DNA from: Chrysomallon squamiferum
Lineage: Eukaryota > Animalia > Mollusca
Direction: 5' to 3'
NCBI GenBank assembly: GCA_012295275.1
Contig: CM022679.1
Coordinates: 9,052,001 to 9,116,000, forward strand
DNA: 64,000 nucleotides
How positions within the stretch are numbered: position 1 is the first letter of the stretch; the number at the start of each line of letters is the position of its first letter. A program made the translations under genes and the position numbers. The notes below the pieces were generated by a model. The model was not told the origin of the DNA. It worked only from the letters and a program-made list of their open reading frames with translations, and searched no databases. Positions 29,401 through 39,579 of the stretch are shown here, piece by piece.

Positions 29401-29579
29401 ACTTTAAAGTGAAAGTATTAACGTTATAACTACAAATTTAATATTTTAAATAATAAAATAAATTCAGTATGTTTTGAAATAATTTAATATTTTGTCGAGG
29501 GTTTTTTTTTTTATTATTATTTGGTCTTTTCAGTTATTTTTTTTAAATTTCCTTTAATTTTCTTTCATTTTTTTTCTCC

Positions 29580-29637
<58 letters not shown>

Positions 29638-30566
29638 CGTTATTATTATTTTTTTTTTTATTTATTTATTTATTTATTTATTTTTTTGTTATCATCATCA
29701 TCATTTTAAAATCAAATGAAGAAGTTCATCTTATAATTTTTTTTTTTTTTTTTAAATTATCTTTTTATTATTATTCTTCTTCTATTTTTTTTTTTATCAT
29801 TCAAATTCTACTATGGATAATATTTTCCTGTTTCAGGGGACACTCTGTATTACAAGTTTGTGGTTGATTCAGAAGAAGCAACTCCTAACTGGGGTTACAA
29901 GTTCACTGTCACAGCAGGAACTCGAGACAGCTTTGAAACAGGTCACACCATTCTTAACTCTGTGCTCTCCTCAGCTTATGCAAGGTAAATTAAAAAATAT
30001 TTTCAGTTAAACACTATAGATATTTTTTTTTTTATGGCAAATGTAAATGTTGATAACTTGATTTTTTTAAGACTATTTTTTTTATATTTTTTTTTTTTAT
30101 TTATTTATTTATTTTATTTTATTTTATTTTATTTTATTTTTTTGCTCATTATGTGTAGCTTTTCACAGGTTTCTATCAAAAAAAAAAATAAATAAATAAA
30201 TAAATAAAATAATAATAAATAAATAATTTAATAAATAGATTAATAAATAAATGTGACCATCTAACAATTTGGCCAAAAGAAACCTGGCACTGACTTTAAT
30301 TACTTGCAGCAGTGTAGATTCCTGTTCAGTTAAATTAGCTGAAATAATTCTAAAAATGTCTGCAATTCTTCTTCGTGTTACAGGAGCCTGCCTCTTGGAG
30401 ATCTGTGGTCCAGTCTGGTGTACGTTGCATGTAAACAGACGTCAGTTCAAAGACTGAAAGCAATTCAGCTCTTGTTGAAAATCATTCAGGCACAGACAAA
30501 AGCAAAGTAATCCTGAATTTACTAATTTTGTATTTTCAAATTCCTTCCAAACCAGTGACTAACATT

Positions 30567-30618
<52 letters not shown>

Positions 30619-32621
30619 GTATGTGTGCACATGCAACCAATGATGTTTGAGTGCATGTGCACCACTTGTCTTATGACTTAGCATCTTCTGCTCTTTATAT
30701 ACATATATATATATATACTACACCCTACTAAGCTGTAATGAAATTTGAATAAAATGAATGCTACTGAAAATCTCCGATGTCTGGTAACTGTAACTTTATT
30801 TTCCTAGCTGTTGGATGACAAGCTGTCTATTGACCTGGGCTTGCTGAAACCTCTGTGGGTTCTGTACACCACACTGACAAAAGAAGAAGATGACCCAGGA
30901 ACCGTTCTGCCTCCTGTAGTCCGAGCTCTCACAGAACTCTTCCTGCAGGTCGAGAACTTGGTCATTGTAAGTAGTCAGAGAAATATTTTTACTTTTAGTA
31001 GTTGTTGTTCAGTGATGTTGTGATATTCTGTGTGTGTGTATGTGTATTATATAGACAGACAGATAACACACACACACACACATACATACACATGGAAAAT
31101 AATTATATAGATTTGTATTCTTTTTATCAAATTGTTTTTTTGTTTTTTGTTTTAATATATTTGTATTGTAATAATAAACCCTTAATATATTTTAAATTTA
31201 TAACTCTTTTTTTTCAATTGTTGTACTTATTATTAACATTTGGTGGATTTAGTTTTGCACAATTAGCCTGTTTACCCAACAAATGTGTTCATCTCAGTAA
31301 AAAATTTATATATTTTAAATCAAGTCTAGATTAGCATTTTTATTTTATTTTTTTTTTTTTTATTTTTCAATTTATGAAACCAGAGGCGTAAAAAACACAA
31401 TTTTTTCTTTATATTCACCAGTAGATATGGAAGATCATTTCTTCCTTTATATTTTACTGATATATATATATATCTGTTGTGCTGGAACAGTAATTCATAA
31501 CATTTTTCAAGAGAGTATTTAAATAACTGTATGTAGATTAATCCAAAAATATAATTATATGCAGTTCTACTCACCTTTTGGAACATGTATCTGTCACATA
31601 TTTCAGCCATGTGTAAAAAAAAATATCAAGTGCTCAAACACTACAAATTTTTCTTACTACTAAATATATTATGGCTGCCTATTCTTAGTTATGGAAGCAG
31701 ATTTACTTATATGAGAAGTATCTTTTCTTTTATAAATGTATAAGTGTATTTTATAAATAACTAAAAAAAAAAATAAAAAAAAAAAATAAAGCAGCATCAA
31801 TGTTGTTCAGAAGCAAAACTAATATCTTAATTTCATTGATTTTATATAATGAAACATTGTCTCTTATTTATTATTAAACCATATAAAAGATTAAAAAAAA
31901 TGTTTTAAATTTCAACAGGAATGGAATGTCATTTCTAACTATGTTGTCTCAATCCACGACAAAGAAGAAGTTTTGTCTGTCCTTGCAGTGGTAAGTCTTG
32001 TAACAGTTTTAAATAGTAAATTAAATATCAACTTAATTATTATGTTTATCTTTACTTTTATATTACCTACTGGATTAACCATAATCAAGCTCATGTTATT
32101 TTGACCCTATAATTTAAAAAATAAAATGAAAATGTTTTGTTTTTTATTATATCTATTTAAATAAATATGGTGGGATGCAAGTTTATAAATATATTCTTTG
32201 GATATTTTCATTACATACCCATTGTATAAAAAAATTTTTTTTAATTATTTATCCATTTTCTTTCAGTTTCAGTGCATGCACAATATAATTTTTAAATTTT
32301 TTTTATCATCATTATTATTATTTTATATATTAACTGTTTTGAATAGCCATATAAATTGTTTTAATTTACATTTTTTCGTTCATCATTTTTATTCATTAAC
32401 ATACTCGTATACTTATCACTGATACAAGAACCAAAATCTGAGTTTAGTCAGTTCACTAACAACTGTTGTAATTACTTCTTACACAGGGACTGAAAAACAT
32501 TGCAGCAGTCAGTCACATGATAGGGCTGGATAATATTGCTACAACCATCTCTGACTTGTTCAAAGGCAAAGAACCTCCTCCCACTGAACTGAGTAAAACA
32601 TGTTCAGGCTCGGCTGTTTAA
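236..32621 (+). CDS. ZZEF1: ZZ-type zinc finger and EF-hand domain protein 1 ortholog; many exons, 5' part lies upstream of the window
   Basis: Phase-consistent GT-AG exons, e.g. 236-298, 669-711, 1636-1752, 2523-2621, 2993-3084, 3339-3432, 3646-3751, 4361-4431, 4772-4879, 5327-5549, 6721-6791; last exon 32487-32621 (GLKNIAAV...SGSAV*). CUB-like segment ESPHNYDN...DFDPRCETERRYDYLEF...FRSDSSNTEWGYKFKV (~8510-9612). Two ZZ fingers: CDGC...RYRCLNCVDMDLCTTC (~17360-17500) and CNKC...RIHCNECEDFDLCLGC (~18530-18643). A second CUB-like segment lies at ~28360-29910. Not every middle exon boundary was phase-checked. Confidence 0.9.
1140..1653 (+). repeat. ~80-85 bp tandem repeat containing copies of a ZZEF1 splice acceptor and exon start
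   Basis: aatatgttatctgtttgcag|tatgtg recurs with the AG ending at 1170, 1253, 1338, 1476, 1555 and 1635; only the last continues as coding exon. Confidence 0.95.
3745..4300 (+). repeat. degenerate ~30 bp minisatellite starting at a ZZEF1 splice donor
   Basis: units like gttaatggtaaatctcacaaatctgtaata directly after the donor gatg|gtaaaa at 3751/3752. Confidence 0.9.
5590..6645 (+). repeat. 30 bp intronic minisatellite, about 35 units
   Basis: unit aatagctgatggtaaatctcacatatctgt; homogeneous at the 5' end and decaying toward the 3' end; same family as the 3745-4300 array. Confidence 0.95.
14560..14856 (+). repeat. three-copy duplication (~120-140 bp period) of a ZZEF1 acceptor plus exon start
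   Basis: ag|agttgat... at ~14566 (decayed), 14707 and 14826 (true exon); the flanking gttaaacattca..gtta and tttctctgttt.g.ag are also repeated. Confidence 0.85.
15519..15880 (+). repeat. decayed ~28 bp AT-rich tandem repeat following a donor
   Basis: tttcagtatttact(a/c)att-like units recur after exon end 15518. Confidence 0.6.
20090..20595 (+). repeat. ~85-92 bp tandem repeat, about 6 units, starting at a donor
   Basis: tctgtacattaaaatagttttaaa...tagattactgagtgatatagtaag...aagttcctgatac repeated immediately after exon end 20085. Confidence 0.92.
24420..24830 (+). repeat. decayed ~33 bp tandem repeat of an acceptor region
   Basis: aaatactgttatatttcagatgaggaatt-like units lead up to the true acceptor gtatttcag|gcgaggag at 24822/24823. 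Confidence 0.75.
26974..27040 (+). repeat. duplicated ZZEF1 exon 3' end plus donor
   Basis: tctgtgtctgataaagtcattgataca and aattagcag|gtttgtc copy 26810-26835 and 26865-26880, with an internal deletion. Confidence 0.85.
30571..30614. repeat. (GA)n microsatellite
   Basis: pure GA run. Confidence 0.95.
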
Positions 32622-34383
32622 CGTGAACCAAGCCCCAAGCCTTAGTAAGAGAGAAATAACATTAACTGTGATATTTTATTGTTGGACTTTAGATAGGAAA
32701 ATAAAACTGATATTTACGTGTCTGTTTAAAAATGCTTATACATGATGCTGTGATGATCATGTGTGTGTGTGTATGTATATAAATATATATGTATATATAT
32801 GTATATATATATATATACACACACGTACACGCACACGTGTTTTTAAACAAAATGGAAGATTTTCCACAAAAAAAAAATGCTGAAAATATTATGTGAATGA
32901 TAATTTTTAAGTAATAGAAAAATGCACTTGATTGTTGTATACATTTCTACTGAAATGTAGAAAATGCTCAAAGTCTGATTTGATCGCATTGTCAAACCAC
33001 ATTATAAATATGTAATAATAATGTGTTCTTTTGTTATCAAGTCTCTGACTAAAAAAAAAATTCTACAGATTCAGTTGTAAATGGAATATCCAAAGAATTC
33101 ACAAAGAAATGGAAAATGAAAACAGAATGATACAAACATAAAAAGAAGAAACAAAAAAAAAACCTGTTCTTTACAGACAGTAATAAGAAGAGTCTTCTTT
33201 AAAGAATATTTCTACATAACTTACAACTAATCAGAAATCAGTATACCAAGTCAGTATATAAAGACAGTTAAATTTCTCTGCACTATTTAACTGGTATGTG
33301 TAGAAGAGAGAATTTTTATTTTCAAGTAGATGTTTAAAGATCAAAACTTTAGTGCTTATCTTTTCGGAAGCAATGTGGCTTACTAAGAGTCCTTTGATAA
33401 TTGAGAATACTCTAGAAACAAAATTAGCCTGTTTTATTTAGTGATGTTACTTGTGAGTTAACACATTTGCTGGGTGTGGCTACCTCAGTGCTGGGGTTTT
33501 GTGGTGGGTGTGTGTGTGTTTGATCTGCTTGTGATATTCGGAGTTTTCAAAATACAGCTGAACCCTTGGTACAGTAGAATTCAACAACCTTCAGAAGTTA
33601 AAGCATGTGTTCTTTAGTTCTGATCCAGTGAAACAACTGAAGAATGGTTTAAAAAATAAATTAAAAATTCATTGAATTCTAGTTGATTTGTAATTTAGTA
33701 ATTTCTCTAACATACAACAGAAAAATATTACCACATAAGATAAATTCTCTCTTGAAATCACCTTTTTATTTTAAATTTACTTTCTCTGCTTTTTATGTCT
33801 TTTTTTTTTTTTTTTTTTTTTTTGTTGTTTCTCGTGAATTATGTCATATTACCTCATAATAAATCTTAATTTTACTTTACAAAAATGTTTTATTGCATCT
33901 TGCAAATATTAATGCAAAATCTAACCACTTTTTTTTTTTTTTTTTTCATTTTCTGTTAGTCTATTAATTCAGGGGTTCATTGTGCATAAAGGTTGATTTT
34001 TATACTTGTCAACATAGCTATTGATTTGGTTTGGCAGACATAATGTAAATTTTTGCTGTGTTGAAAAATTTATATCTATAAAATTGTGAAAATGCATTTA
34101 CAGACTATTTATATATAATGATTTATTCAGTATATTTATTCAAAATAATTCCATCAAAGTATACAATTTGCAGATTGTCTGTCTAACCATCAAGCTGTAA
34201 TAAATTATGTTTCCCATTGTTGCCAAGTCAATAAAATGATATCGGAATGTTGAAGACAAACTTGTTACAAAAATGATCTCATTACAGTTAAATGACTACC
34301 TTTTTATATACTTTTATAAAATAAACGTGTGTGAATACTTAGCCCATATTTAATTTGCTTATATAGATGTTTAATAAAAAGAC

Positions 34384-34420
<37 letters not shown>

Positions 34421-34527
34421 TTATATAATTTATCTCCATCATTTATTTTACATAGACGTTTTGTATTTTTTAAAATTATTATTGTTTTTATTATTATTTT
34501 TTATTAATATTATTATTTTTATTATTA

Positions 34528-34570
<43 letters not shown>

Positions 34571-35427
34571 TTTTATTATTATTTAGTATAAAAATTATGG
34601 ATTTTATATACTTGTAAATATTCAATTTTAGTAAATTCATAACATCAACTTACTTTGTTTCTGTAGCATATTAACTGTTTTCATCATCGTAAAAGTATTG
34701 ATTTAATAACCAATGTTATTTTAATGTGTGATTATTATATATTTCTTCCACTGTTTTATATTTTCAATGGAATACAGCACTTAAAACAAGATTAAATCAC
34801 AAAATATATATATATATATATAGTATACATGAAGATAAAAAATTATATGCAGTGTTTGTTTTGTGTTTTTATCTTTTTTTAAAACTTTATGCACACGCGC
34901 ACATTAAATTATTTCCTGCGTTTGACAGTATAGAAGTATTGTCCTCTAGGCTATGCCCCACCATTATCATAGCTTGACACCGTTTACACACGCGCGCGCG
35001 CGCACACACATACATCTTAACATTACAATTCAAGTAGCTTCAGTGATGGTAAACGTAGAACTGCTTGCAGTAGAGATTACTTAACACACCAAATGTACAG
35101 ATACAAAAATATGGTATCGAAATAAATAAATAAATAAATAATTTCTAGACGAAGGGTTATGTCTTAACTTACGACATAATATTTTAATTTATAATTGAAT
35201 ATGAAATGCCCGAAATCATCCGAATCAAAAATAAACAAATAAACAGTTGGTGTTTTTTATTTATTTATTTGTTGGGTTTTTTTTTGTTGTTTTTTTTCAG
35301 TTTAACGTAATGTCATGAACAATTTATAATTATATTTTGCTGCATCTCTTTTTAAAAGTGGGGGATATTTATCATTAAAAATAGTCTAATCCAACATTTA
35401 TATATAATACAAATTTATATAAAATAT

Positions 35428-35475
35428 TGACGTAATCAAAAACAGGAAACGGAAACAAGCCATTGTATGACGTAA
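35428..35475. promoter_or_regulatory. CRE/bZIP - IRF-like - CRE/bZIP motif block, left copy
   Basis: TGACGTAA 35428-35435, GGAAACGGAAA 35445-35455, TGACGTAA 35468-35475; motif match only. Confidence 0.45.
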
Positions 35476-35799
35476 TTAGGTAGTTTGACAACGGTAACAA
35501 CGGTCATTTGAATTCCAGACGTCGAGGTGAGAACACGTTTTTCAAAATCAGCTCCAGTTGAAATTTCAAACCATATTCCCACAGCGTTAAATGTTAACAA
35601 ATGTAACAAAATCAACAGCAATAAGAAGAAATTTAGCACTCAAAAAGATGTGTCCAGCCAGAATGGACAGAACACAGAAACTACACTGAGGACAGCAAAG
35701 TCATTTATTTGTTGTACTAGGAATGTAACAGTGAGGAAGGAAGATGGATGGAAAACAAACTTGCTATGTCCTGAAGCCACCCACGTCATGAAGAATTTA

Positions 35800-36850
35800 T
35801 ATATATATACACATACACATATACATCTTTACACAGATATATATATATATCTATACATATATATCTATATATATATATACACATATATACGTATGTATAT
35901 ATATATATATGTATACGTATATCTATATACGTATACGTATATATATACACACACATGGATATATGTGTATATATACATGTATATATTTATACAGATATAA
36001 TTTATGTGTGTGTATATATATGTATATATTTATATACAGATATAATGTGTGTGTATATATGTATATATTTACACGTGTATACACATACGCGCGCAAATTC
36101 ATTAATACACACACACACACACAAATTTGTAATTACATAGATATATATACACACACAAACACATGCAAATTCATATATATACACATCTGTATGCACATGT
36201 GTATCTAATTAAGCATAATAAAATTTAGCAAGTTTTTGTAAATGACTGTTGCTTTCAAGTGAATTAAAATAAAGTGATAAAACCGGGTAATATGTTAGTC
36301 ACACATGCCCTGTGGCTTTGGTTAATGAAAAGAAAACTATTTGTCATGTTGCACGTCGCTATGCGCACTGTACGTTGAAATCACATTCTGAGGCACTGAA
36401 TCAACATTATCCAAAAACCAAAAGGAAGAATGTATCCTGTTATAAAGGGTTAACGGAAAATCATCATCATGAAGCAATGGGACGACTTAACCCTGGTCAA
36501 TGCGTACACTACGTTGCTCATTTCATGTTCACGACACTACCATATCACGACTCTATATATTTATACATACCACTTGCAAGTAAATGTATATTTAATATAT
36601 ATGTTAACGTATTTAGATATATATGTATATATATTCATGCAAACTCACATATATATATAACTCACACAAGTATATGTAGTCACAAAGGTGTATATATACA
36701 TATATACTTATATACATATATGTATATACGCATATATTTATAATAAGGCGCACATTCGTTTGTGTGTGTTTCTGTGTATGTGTTTGTGTGTGCATATACT
36801 GATAGATAGATAAACAGACAGACAGATAGATGGATAGATAGATCATGACG
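35800..36850. repeat. (TA)/(CA)/(GATA) microsatellite-rich spacer of the inverted duplication
   Basis: low-complexity blocks at 35800-36205 and 36560-36845 flank about 350 bp of unique sequence. Confidence 0.85.
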
Positions 36851-37300
36851 ATGATGAGAGATTATGTTCATTACATCGATTAAAGTTCTTCATGTCGTGG
36901 GTGGTTTCAGGACATAACACGTCTGTTTTCCATCCATCTTCCTTCCTCGCTGCCATATTCAGAATATTCATAGTTAAATGAATATGCTGTCTTCAGTGTA
37001 GTTTCTCTGTTCTCTCCATTCTGGCTGGACACATCTTTTCAGGGCTAATTTTCTTCCTACTGCTGTTGATTGTTTCGATTTCCACAACAATTTATGTAAG
37101 TCATTAAAATGCAGAAAATTTGGAAAGTATTAATAATATGATAATAGTTTGGTGTTCAGCATTGTCTCTTTAGTAGCACTTGTTAACATTTGGAAATACG
37201 GTTCAGAATTTTCAACAGAGGATCTTTTTGAAAAACGTGTTGACACTTCGACGTCTGGAATTCAAAAAATGCCCATTGTTACTGTTATCAAACTATCAAA

Positions 37301-37348
37301 TTACGTCATACAATGGTTTGTTTCCGTTTCCTCTTTTTGATTACGTCA
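37301..37348. promoter_or_regulatory. CRE/bZIP - IRF-like - CRE/bZIP motif block, right copy
   Basis: TTACGTCA 37301-37308, TTTCCGTTTCC 37321-37331, TTACGTCA 37341-37348; TATATAAA follows at ~37372. Confidence 0.45.
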
Positions 37349-37501
37349 GTAATTTATGTAAATTTATATTGTATATAAATTTTGGATATAAAATTTTATT
37401 GACATAAATGCCCCACTCTTTTAAAAGTATGCAACAAAATGTAATTATAAATTGCACATAACTACAAAAATTGCTGCTACTACTACTACTACTACTACTA
37501 C

Positions 37502-37562
<61 letters not shown>

Positions 37563-38574
37563 TTGATTCGGATAATTTCTTTCGTGCATTTCAGATTCAT
37601 TTATAAATGAAACTAATGTTGCGTTACCCTTCGCTCACAAATGATTTTTTCTCTTTTTACTAAAGATTTCAGTATAAAAAATATTAAAAAATTCAAGAGT
37701 CAATAGACTAATTTTTTTATTCTTCTGTTCTTCTTCTTCTTCTTTTTTTGTACCTGCACTGATGTTTTGTTACGCGAAGGTTCTCAGTTACATGAAATGA
37801 ACCGCTGTGCAAGTTTGAAAGACTGCTGAGCAGTTCAAAACTTATCGTATTATTCGTGCATTTCACAATATTAAATTTTAAAGCTCGATATTTGTTACCA
37901 AAAACATTTTACGTCACATTTCTTAAATTTCGCTAGCTTTTCTTTATTATTAAGTTCTCCATTTGATTAGGTGTATCATTTTCAGTTGTAACTTGGAGCG
38001 CTGTTTAGTTGTCTTCCGTATGTTAATGGAACAGACAGTACAAAACCTTTGTTCAGTTAAAGGTTTATAATATTGTTTCTATTCAGATGACAGCAATTAA
38101 CACAATAAATGTACAATGTAAAGAATGTTACAGAAACGTGGCTAAAAATATTTGAGATGAATTGGCTTTAGTGGTAAAACATTTTTTTTTTTTTTTTTTT
38201 TTTATATTCTGCTGGCGCAATAAATGAATGATGAAAAGCTTTTAGTTGAGTGTGCATAGCTGGTATCGATATGAACTTAGTTTCTTTATGCGTCTATATG
38301 TATAACGAATTTAATTTGTGCAACTGATACATAATGAAGGGTGTACAGAAAAAAAGGTCCATTATTCAGATTTGTAGTGCCTTGTATGTATCACTATATG
38401 GCTGATCTAACTAAGTAATTAATGTATAGATGCATCTAGTGATCTAGTAACAATAAAGAAAAACATTTAGTGACTGAATATGTATCTGATGCCAATTCAG
38501 TTTTATTCTATGGATGCATATAGGCTGATGTTAAATCAGTATCAGCATAATCATTAGTACTGCTTTAGTATCCC

Positions 38575-39030
38575 GATGTTGGGCGAAAGGCCTCGACGTT
38601 TTTTCCACATCTTCCTGTCTTGTGTTGTCTTCTGCCAGATGGATACTTTCCGGCACTCGTCTTGTTTATCCTTCCGTCGTCTCGCGGGACAACTAGATCG
38701 TTTCCCTTCGTATTATTTCCAAGTTGCGATGCATTATGTCCATCGATTATCTTCTAACCTGCAGAGCCACATCTGTGTTTTCTTTCTTACACAGATATTT
38801 AATAGACTTCTTTCCATCTTTGTGTGGCTGCACAATTTGTTCTTTGCCTGTTTAGTTAATAATGCCCATATTTCAGCACCTTGTCATTGCTGGAAATACA
38901 AGCAAATTCCAAAGTTTACTTTAAAGATTTTGTGGTGCATCGCCAGTCGTGATTCTTCTTCGAATGTTCTTGTCATCGTTCTTGTCTCATGTATAATGCA
39001 AATATTACAGAATGGTGACCCGAAATGACC
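38575..39030 (-). mobile_element. degenerate 3' fragment of a non-LTR retrotransposon (RTE-like LINE)
   Basis: Locally GC-richer. The minus strand reads ...EGKRSSCPARRRKDK...W(Q)KTTQDRKMWKK, resembling the EGKR.RGRP..RW.D...W...AQDR..W C-terminal signature of RTE-clade ORF2; frame broken. Confidence 0.55.
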
Positions 39031-39579
39031 TTTCTGTGGCGAAAAGAAAAATGAGAGTGATCTCCCTTAGTAAACAAATGTTGCCTATCTATTGCATTTT
39101 GTGTTTGAGTTATAATTTTTAATAGGCCCATGGATATGTACAGGTATGTTAATTTTTGTTTCATTTTGCACATTTAATTTCCTTATTTTCCGTTGTCATA
39201 AAATCTTAAAATTTATTTAACAATGACACTATAAGCATTAAGTATAACATTATAATTTATAATTCTAGTATTAAAACTATTATCATTAATACAAGATACT
39301 GAATAGTACTAATAATAGCATTAAAAACAATAGTAATATGTATCAGTATATTAATATATTTACATTATTAATAATAAACATTACTGATTTGCTGTAACAT
39401 TACAATTTTTTATAAGGAAAAAAAAAAAAAAACCCAGAAAGATGTCATTTCATTTGCTGCATTTCTTTTAGTAAACGTAACAAGGATTTCACAGTATTGC
39501 ATAACCGACCAAATGGTGATAAAAACTGACGAATTAAAAGAGGAAAACAAAAAGCTGAAGAACATCCCAAATCACAACA

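Larger units (their letters stand above)
35055..37836. repeat. long diverged inverted duplication; arms ~35055-35800 and ~36880-37836, microsatellite-rich spacer
   Basis: Collinear reverse-complement matches: gaattccagacgtcga/tcgacgtctggaattc, aagatgtgtccagccagaatgga/tccattctggctggacacatctt, gaggaaggaagatggatggaaaaca/tgttttccatccatcttccttcctc, atccgaatcaaaaat/atttttgattcggat, cgaagggt/acccttcg. The outer ends are approximate. Confidence 0.92.

Noticed and set aside
34986-35010. (CG)n/(CA)n Z-DNA-prone run beside the inverted duplication
   Set aside because: Short and typical of this microsatellite-rich genome
37043-37175. Apparent exon (cag|...|gtaagt) and 77-nt intron present only in the right arm
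   Set aside because: No consistent open frame with an upstream start, and the left-arm gap is not a clean intron loss; kept only as a hint of outward transcription
35436-37340. Homologous ORF pair 35436-35639 (-) and 37149-37340 (+) ending ...NYVIQW.VSVS.F
   Set aside because: Neither starts with ATG, most substitutions are non-synonymous and the frames diverge upstream; the similarity is a by-product of the inverted duplication
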